In this document: positions 55,611 to 64,000 of the stretch, piece by piece
Numbering within the stretch: position 1 is the stretch's first letter
Layout: each line of letters starts with the position of its first letter
Origin: Octopus sinensis
Taxonomy: Eukaryota
Assembly (NCBI RefSeq): GCF_006345805.1
Contig: NC_043010.1
Location: 27,528,001 to 27,592,000 of the forward strand
Length of the DNA stretch: 64,000 nucleotides
Reading direction: 5' to 3'
The notes under the pieces: generated by a model
What the model was told of the DNA's origin: nothing
Seen by the model: the letters and a program-made list of their open reading frames with translations, nothing else
Databases searched by the model: none
Translations under genes and position numbers: made by a program

Positions 55611-55814
55611 GTAGTCAGAATTTTGGAAAAAAATATTTTTATTTCTTCATTATTATTAGCGCTTTCGTTCGATTCTCGAACTTGTCAAATAAAATTTTGT
55701 GAATATACAAACAGCTTGTTCATTTATATAAAACATGTTTTTGGGGGTTTTTGTCTAGAAGGTTCCATTGACAATGGAGATGAATAGATAGAAATATATG
55801 TAGGTAGATAGGTT

Positions 55815-55896
<82 letters not shown>

Positions 55897-57320
55897 AGAC
55901 AGAGAGATAGGTAGAGAGGGAGAGAGAGAGAAGGGGATACCCTTCCTATTCACCATTCATTTATTTATTTATTTAGTCATTTACCATTGTATTGGAACGG
56001 GTTTAAGGGTGGTGGCCTTTTCAAATAACAAAAAACAGGTGCGGCGTGGTCATCGTTGAATGTCTTTTTGCTTCCTCTTTCCTTCTTTTTTCCTCTTTCT
56101 TTCTTTTTCTCCTCTTCGTGTTATATTTAGAATACAACATGTACTGTCTCCTAATTTCTTTCAAACATTCAATTTTGGAGAGAATTTTTGATGAAACGCA
56201 CGTTCTGCAGGAAAACACATTAGTATAATATTTGCAAATTAAACATTTTATTAAAAATAAATAAATAAAAACAATAAAATTATATAAAAGATATAGATAT
56301 ATATAAGTAAAGCTAAAGCAGCCCAATGCTACACATATTTATATCTGAACTTTTATAGAGGTGAGCCACTTCTGGAATAAAAAATGCAAATTCTCCGCTT
56401 TACCTTTAAACATTCAATTTTGGAGAGAATCCTTTGATGAAGTGTGTGTGTCTGTGTGTGTGAGTGTGTGAGTATGTGAGTGTGCGTGTGTGTGTGTGAG
56501 TGTACGTGTGTGTGTGTGTGTTTGGGAACATGTCCACGTTTATACTGCATAACTTCGATCACGCTTCTTTCAGTTTCATGTTTTTGCATTAGAGAACATT
56601 AGTGTAACACTTACAATCTAGAGGAACACACAAACCTCTGAACATCTCAATGCCACTCATATACACCTGAATATTTACAGGGATGAGCATTATGTTTCCG
56701 ACATTTGAGTTATATTTAGAATACAAAATGTAGTCTCCGCTTTTCTCTCAAACATTCAATTTTGGAGAGAAGTTTTTGATGAAATGTAATTTCATTGCTT
56801 TTTGGTATTGCGGATCGTCCTGTGCACATTTGTAAAAGGGAAAAATTATGAATTTTCCGTCGCTGCATATTTCCAAATACTTGCGTAATTCCTCTTATCG
56901 GATATGTTGCCTGTGGATTCTTTCACGTTGGCAGAGGGAATTATTTGTTTCCCCAATGTTTAATTATTTGTTTGCAGTTTGGACATGTAATGCTGTATAT
57001 GAGGTTTTGCGTTTTGCAGTTCATATCTGCATTTATTTTGAAAAGTGATCCTCTCTTGAATTTTACGTGGGAACCACTTTCCAAGTATTTGAAGTTGTTG
57101 ATGTTGTTTGCATGTTTCACATCTCCTATCTCCACATTCTTTAACTAAGAATTCTGATTCATTCTCTGATTTGAGTTCTGCCTTTGTGAGGTGTTTTTTA
57201 AAGATTTTTTGGTTGGCGTCTGCTATTCCGTAAAGTGTTTTTGAATCAGATTTTTCATTTTTGGGCTTTGTAGGAATATAGGTAAGTTCGATTTTATGGC
57301 TTGAAAGATGAATAACCAAT
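55611..57320 (-). mobile_element. Penelope-like element 3' part (Cys-rich linker, GIY-YIG, partial tandem repeats, hammerhead)
   Basis: KECGDRRCETC, NCKTQNLIYSITCPNC, IGET, FIKNFSPKLN. The ORF end is repeated at ~56160, 56405 and 56750. Confidence 0.8.
55653..55692 (-). ncRNA. Minimal hammerhead, U3:A8 variant
   Basis: ttat-TTGACAA-GTTCGA(GAA)TCGAAC-GAAA-GCGC-TA|ataa. Confidence 0.72.
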
Positions 57321-57399
57321 ATATGTATATATACACATATACGAAAAAAAGAAATTAACTTGTATCAGCTAAACTTTCTTGAATCAATTCTCCGTGCGA

Positions 57400-60300
57400 T
57401 TGTAGAACCCCTGCTCCCCTCTCGCTTCTATCAATTTGCTCTCCTCACTTTCCTTGCCTAGAACCCCTGCTCCCCTTTCTCCAATTAATTTACTCCCCTC
57501 GTTTTCCTCCCTCTCCTAGTGTACTCTCCTGCTCTACTCTCCACCAATCTTCTCTTCTACCCCCTCCCTCCTAGTGTACTCTTCTGCTCTACTCTCTTCT
57601 CATCTTCATTTCTCCTACTCCTCCCCTTCCCGTGATATCCCTATAGCAACCCCTCTCTCCCTCTATCTCTGCACTCGCCAATCAATCACACGTCATAAAG
57701 AAAGTAGTAACACAGTCGAGATGGCAACCTGGAAGGACACAGAAATAGACCTACTCCTCCGGGTTTGGGTTGTTGCCGAAAATGACGCATCCATTAATGT
57801 GATTACTGCAGCCCTGATAAACAATGGATTCAATAGGACCGAGGCGCAGATAGAACGAAAAAAACGAAAGAACTCAGCCGCTTCTATGAACTCGTCAGGC
57901 CACATCAGGACAAGTTGGACACCATTTTTAAATTTTAAAATGCACATTCGCCTGAGAAAATTGTTTGCATGGAAAACACCAAAATTGATGCTCCAAGTGA
58001 GAGGCACAAATGAGGGTAATCGCAGTAATGTGGAAATTGAAGAGGGGCAAGAAAAGAATCTCAAAGCTCTCAAGAGAAGCGACTCCAATTCCCTCTCCCA
58101 ACGTGGCAGCTCAGCAAGAGGAACTAGCCGCAAGACATGTGCTGCAGGATTCAAACCTAAGGCTAACCCATAAATTCTACACAAAAGGAATCGGCCGGCA
58201 TGGAGAGAAGGGGACACACTGCTGCTTTTTATACCCAAAGCGTAGGCAAGATAGAATGCACAGCAGTTACCACTTTCTACCCGGTAGTCAGGATAAACAC
58301 CCACGCCCAGAAATGTTCACATCCATGTGCACACCAACAAAAAAGACTGCCAAAAAGCTGTACGCAGATGCGGTGCGAACTGCAGCAGCCGAGCAGCAAC
58401 ATTTTTAAGTATTGCACAAACGATAACGAAGCGGTTATCATGGCTACAAAGGAAATTAAGCCCACACACAAGACCGCCACAGGTAATGGACCCAGGATAG
58501 CCACCACTGCCGCCGAGTCGTCTATCACACCGATTCAAGCCTCTTGCAAAACAACAGCAAGAGCAAAACAGCATACCTGGGAGAACTGTCAGCATGCAAT
58601 CAAGCTATATGCATTGCATTCACAGAGTGCATGACATACATGACGCAGAGGTACACGTACCAATGATACTGTGTTCCGCACAGACAGAAAAGAGAGAAGT
58701 CACGGTGGAAGTTGCGTTGTACATCCGTGAAGATGCCGCAACAGTGACACTACTGTTGCATTCGAATGTGCTCTGTGACACATTCATAGCACATCTAGAG
58801 CAACTTGACGTGGTAATATGCACATCGTACCACCCACCTGATGCCCCAAACTACGATGGCAAGTTTGAGGAATGTCTCACAAAGATAAAAGAAGTACTCA
58901 CAAACCTAGACCAGTGCTTTAATGTACTTCTGATGGGTGAGTTAAACTTCCCCAACATTAGATGACTCGAAGGCATCATAGCCTCAGGGCTGACGCGAAA
59001 AGAATGCAGTCATGCAGAATCTCTAGTAGATCTCACAAAAATGATGTTCTTGGAGCAGACCATGCTTTCCCCAGCCAGAAATAACAACATCCTGGATCTT
59101 TGCTTCACAGACTATATGGACTTATTCACAACATAATCACCGTCTACCCACTCAGACCACAAGATGATAGAACAGTCAATATATGGTCCGAAGCTAAATA
59201 AAGAATCATACAACACTGCTGGATCCTAAGCGCTAGCCAACCTGAACTTCTACAAGACTCACTGGAAGTTCATCAACAAAAAGATATTCTAGCAAAACTG
59301 GCTTAAAAGTCGGTCCATGCAAGACGCTGACATGAAATGAAATTCAATGAGTTCATGTCTATAGTGCGAGCCATATGCATTAAGTTTGTCCCAGAGAAGA
59401 AAGCCACCACACATATGAACATTATTCCCCGAGATAGAAGAATCCTAATGAGACAGAGGATAAAGATCTCGATAAGAAGCCTAATGACAGCAAAAGGCCC
59501 TACCTCAAAATGGCACTCTTAGAGACTGAGAATAAAATCTGACTGTCCCAGGGTAAACAGAGAAGTCAGGGCAGTGGAAAATATAAAAAGAAACCCAAAA
59601 GCCTTCAGCAAGTTCGCAAAAGAATCAGCTATTCTGTTAAAAACATGCAAGAAAGCCCTTGCAAAACTACTGCAAACGCGTTTCCAGAGTTCCCTTGAAT
59701 GCGGTACATTTCCTCAAACGTTAAAAGAAGGAATAATCTGTCCTGTCCACAAAGGAGGAATCAGAGAAGATTCCTGCTATAAACTACAGGCCTGTCTCAC
59801 TGACTTCACATGTCAGCAAGATCATGGAATGCATTGTCAGAAAAGACTAACCACGTTCCTAGAGGACATATAGTTTCCGTCCTGGAAGGAGCTGCCTAGT
59901 ACAGCTACTACATCACTTCGACCGGGTACTAAAACAACAGCTCAACCATTCAAATGTGGATGTGATATATCTCGACTTTGCCAAGGCCTTTGACAAAGTC
60001 GATCATGGGATGATATGTCACAAATTGCGTGACCTCGATATCCTTGGTAGACTGGGATGTTTTCCCGAAGGGCAGAATTCAGGTTGTCACAGCAAATGGT
60101 GCTCTCTCTGAAGTGACACCAATCCCCAGTGCTAGGACCACTACTGTTTGTGGCTGCTCTCTTGGACATACCCTCAGCCACATTCACCAACTACGCCAAA
60201 GATACAAAAGTATCGCAGGCGGTCAAGGATCCTACTGACATCCTAAGACTGCAGAATGACCTGAACGCAATATATAAATAAGCTGAGAATAATATGCAGT

Positions 60301-60790
60301 TTAGTGGCGCAAAATTTCAAGCACTCTGCTATCAACCCACAAACAAACTACAGCTGAAGTACACGGGACCAGCAGGCAATGTAATCCCAGAGTCAGAGTC
60401 GGTGTGGGACCTGGGAATCCACACGAGCAACAACGCAACTTTCCATGTGCACATTGTTCAGATGGCAACACTATGCAGGCGGATGGCAGGTTGGACCCTT
60501 AGATTCTTCAGGACCAGGAACAGAGACACGAGACTTCTGCTTTGGAAAACCTTTGTACTCAGTAGTCTGGACTACTGCTCCCAATTGTGGTCTCCAAAGA
60601 GTGTAAAACAGAGTGTAAATCTAATTGCAGAAGTAGAAGCGATCCAACGCCACTACACAAAGAAAATAGACTCAGTAAAACACATGGGCTACTGGTTGAA
60701 GAAACTGGGACTCTACTCCCTGGAGAGAAGACGTGAGAGATATATAGTGCTATACATATGGAAAATAATGGAGAGCCTAGCCCCAAATTT
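57400..60790 (+). mobile_element. Near full-length decayed CR1-like LINE (5' UTR repeats, ORF1, APE, RT)
   Basis: ORF1 from 57721; APE motifs Y.PP, LMGELNFP, NILDL, SDH; RT motifs NYRPVSLTS, YLDFAKAFDKVDH, DLG, LDYCSQLWSP, LYSLERRRERY. Confidence 0.88.
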
Positions 60791-62030
60791 CATAAGTACT
60801 ATAGTATTTGCAGCAAGTCAACGATCAAGTTCCCTTACTCTGTAATACCTAACTTTGCTTCGATTATTGCATCAATCAATAGAAGCAAGCTTGCTGGGCA
60901 GGATAGCTGGAAAAGTTCCTTTGAGGATGACCAAGGACCTACGAATAATAATTCTGTAACGCTTAATGCCAATTGTACAAACAGTCTGCCTTTACCGGGT
61001 CTATCGAACCCAAGTAATAAGGGAAGATTTGATGGAATGAAAGAGGGAAACCTGTCTAGAACTGATGATACAAAAAGTAAAGGTAACAATAGAAATAAAA
61101 CAAGGAAAGGCCCCGGGATGAAATATAATTGTAGAAACCTCGAATTATGTCCCTTAGATGGTTCCTGTCCAGTTACTAACGTCATATATAAATGTGTAGT
61201 CAAGGACGAGGATGAGTTAAATAAATTTTATATAGGTAGCACGGTAGATTTTAAGGCTAGATATAGATCGCATATGAGCTCATTTTCTAACGATAAATAT
61301 TGTAATTCAACAACACTTGCATCCCATATACATAATTTGAAGAAGAAGAAGAAGAAGAAGAAGAAGAAGAAGAAGAAGAATTATCTAGAATGGTCTATTA
61401 TCTCAAAAACCCCAAATTTCAAAGGAAATATTAGCAAGTGTAAGCTGTGCATAAGGGAATCCCTTACCATCCTCGGGTGTTATGGACCACACACTCTGAA
61501 TAAATTTACTGATGTGATTCCTTTTTGCATCCATAAATTTTCATCTACGTTCTTAAAAGTGTATAGGAATAAAAAAAGTTGTAGCAAGTAAATAATTTAG
61601 CTCTTACAGGGAATTGAAACCATCGAGGTTGAATTTAATTTAATACACCCATTTATATTGGTTTTTTTAAAGGTTTTTTTTTAACTGTTTTAATTCTGGG
61701 TTTTTTTTTTCGATTATTTGGGCTGGTCTAAGCATGACTTCTTAAATAAGAAACCACGCAGTATTGTGTTAGGTTTGGTTAAGGAGGTCTCACCCTGGTA
61801 CGTGATGTCTGTTTCTTTATTTTTCCCCTGACGAAGGAGTCATTATCGTGATGCGCCCCCGTGCATTAAATACGGTGATGTACCCCTGAAATGGCCATAG
61901 GGAATGTAAATATGGTTTCTTCTTTTTTTGCTTGGACACTGGCTTTTAACTATAGGTTTCCCTTATCTTGAAAAGTAATTTTTAATCGAAAAAATTTCTA
62001 AACGATGAACTTTTATCTTACCTTATATAT
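60790..62030 (+). mobile_element. Penelope-like element 3' part (GIY-YIG ORF to 61591 plus pLTR), joined to the CR1 end
   Basis: NCRNLELCPLDGSCPVTNVIYKC...FYIGST..FKARY..H...CKLCIRE...LN...C.H; a poly-K (AAG)n expansion lies in frame. Confidence 0.88.
61823..61904 (+). ncRNA. Type I hammerhead ribozyme in PLE 3' pLTR
   Basis: ttccc-CTGACGA-AGG..CATTATCG/CGGTGATG..CCT-GAAA-TGGCCA-TA|gggaa. Confidence 0.82.
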
Positions 62031-62382
62031 TATTTATTTATATGCTTCCTACATATATGTATTTTTATATATTTTTATATATCTATATACGTATATATTT
62101 CTTTATATTTTTATGTATTTATTATTCTAGGTGTTGTAATGTTAAAAAAATATATAATATTTAGTCGCTAAAGTATTAATCATTAACTTTTAACCGCAAT
62201 GAACTGTATTCACACATTTTTCTTTTATTTTTCTTATATGCTTGTATTGATGAGTTGTGTTTCATCCTCCGTGGTTTTATGCATGTATATTCTATATGAA
62301 AGAAAAAGCATTATGTGATTCAATGTTCGAGATATGAAATGTTACGTGGATGACCTTATATTTGTTTGTTCTGCAACTATAG

Positions 62383-62430
<48 letters not shown>

Positions 62431-62533
62431 ACCGACCAGTCCATCAGATGTAGTTACACCTCGCTGGTCGCAATGCGTTCGCATTGTTTTAGCCTTCGAA
62501 TGACGCCACCCCGCTGGCTAAGCGAGCAGGCCG

Positions 62534-62569
<36 letters not shown>

Positions 62570-62743
62570 TAAGAAAGTTTGTTTGGTAAAGCACGTGGGT
62601 GAATATATAAGAAAATAGTAAAGTGTGAAAAAACGACAGAAGGCTTAAATGTTAAAAAATATATATATTTGTGTCAAAATGTCTGGAGAATATTGGAAAA
62701 TTTTTTTTCCTTTCCTTAAAATGACATAATTTTAAAATTTTTA

Positions 62744-62783
62744 AAGAAATTACCGGTTTCGCGTGTAGCTTTTCAAATTTCTT
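62744..62783 (-). ncRNA. Minimal hammerhead, U3:A8 variant, in a probable inverted pLTR
   Basis: aagaaat-TTGAAAA-GC(TACAC)GC-GAAA-CCGG-TA|atttctt. Confidence 0.72.
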
Positions 62784-62829
62784 GTGACGTTATGTTTATA
62801 TTGCATGGAGTTATCGTCACCTTCCAAAA

Positions 62830-64000
62830 AAAAAACCAAGGAAGAAACAATCCTGGTTTCATTTGATGTAGTCAACTTGTATACCAGTATACCTCACATT
62901 ATGGACTGGAGGCAATACAGTTCTGGTTAGACCAATTTCCGGAAGAAATACCAAAAAGGATCAGTAAGGAATTCATTACTAAATCAATTGAATTCATCCT
63001 ACACAATAACCACTTCATGTTTGACAATACATTTTACCGTCAAAAATCCGGAATTGCTATGGGTACAAGGGCAGCACCAGTCATTGCGAACTTAACAATG
63101 GGATACATGGAAATAATCATTTACCAGGAATCTCTATCAATCTTTGGAAACTCCCTCTCTCAATACATAAAAGAGAATTGGAAACGATTCCTAGACGATT
63201 GTTTCATTCTCTGGAATGAAAACATAGATAAACTCCAAAAATTTAAAAACCTATTGAACAGCATAAACCCAAATATACAGTTCACAATGGAATACAACCA
63301 AAAGGAGCTCCCGTTCTTGGATATACTAATTAAAAAAATTAACCTTAAAATAGAAACAGACATTTTTTACAAAGCCACAGACGCCAAACAATACCTTCTT
63401 TTTAATTCATGCCACCCAAGACACACTAAAACAAACATCCCCTTCAACCTTGCAAGAAGGATATGCACAATAGTGTCAGAACAAAATACCAGGAACTTTA
63501 GACTGCAAGAACTCAAAAACACCCTAATTGACAGACATTACCCAGCTCAACTCATAGAGGATGGGATCAGACGTGCAACAGAAATCAACATAGAAACTTT
63601 AAGAAAAGTTCAACACAACAACACACCTTCCCCGAAAATACTACCTTACATATCTACATACAACCCCAGAAACAAAGAAGCCTTCACCATCATCACCCAG
63701 AATTTACCAATACTTCATAAAAACCCAAAATTAAAGGAAATTCTAAACATACACCAAATCATTAAAAGCTACAAACAGCCTAAATCACTAAAAAGATTCT
63801 CACAAAGGCAAAATTGTCTTCTAAAATTACGGATGCAAAAGTAAAAAAATGTGGTAGATCGAACTGTGCAACATGTCCTAACCTATTGGAAGGATCAGAA
63901 TTCTTCTTTAAAGAGGGACAGAAATTCAAGATCAAATCTAACTTTACTTGTGCCTCTGAAAACATAATTTATGTCATTAAATGCTCGGGCTGCCACCAAG
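62830..64000 (+). mobile_element. Penelope-like element RT, linker and start of GIY-YIG (frameshifted; runs off the window)
   Basis: LVSFDVVNLYTSIP, YRQKSGIAMGT, WKRFLDD, LPFLD, SCHP, KKCGRSNCATC, FTCASENIIYVIKCSGC. Confidence 0.93.

Noticed and set aside
57693-58304. 203-aa minus-strand ORF
   Set aside because: Antisense shadow of the LINE ORF1.
63017-64000. Selenocysteine-recoding (Naiad-type) PLE
   Set aside because: The conserved Cys codons are TGT/TGC, no in-frame TGA is seen, and the 3' UTR lies outside the window.

Overview
AT-rich, microsatellite-dense animal genomic DNA. The SINE and LINE repertoire and the TA/GATA/TAA arrays look like an octopus (coleoid cephalopod) intron or intergenic region; this taxon is inferred, not shown. 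No host gene is confidently identifiable. The window is a mosaic of decayed mobile elements: tRNA-derived SINEs (at least 3 families), R4/Dong LINEs nested in (TAA)n, Tx1/L1, RTE with a PHD finger, CR1-like LINEs, mariner/Tc1, an internally deleted Helitron plus non-autonomous Helitron/Helentron derivatives, and many Penelope-like element (PLE) remnants. Most ORFs in the supplied track are microsatellite translations. The main signal found by hand is a high density of type-I hammerhead ribozyme motifs (nine essentially complete, plus several degenerate). Four carry the compensatory U3:A8 core variant. Several sit in non-coding, TA-inserted fold-back elements, and in two of these the inverted arm starts within 2-3 nt of the predicted self-cleavage site. 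All structures were folded by eye and are untested.
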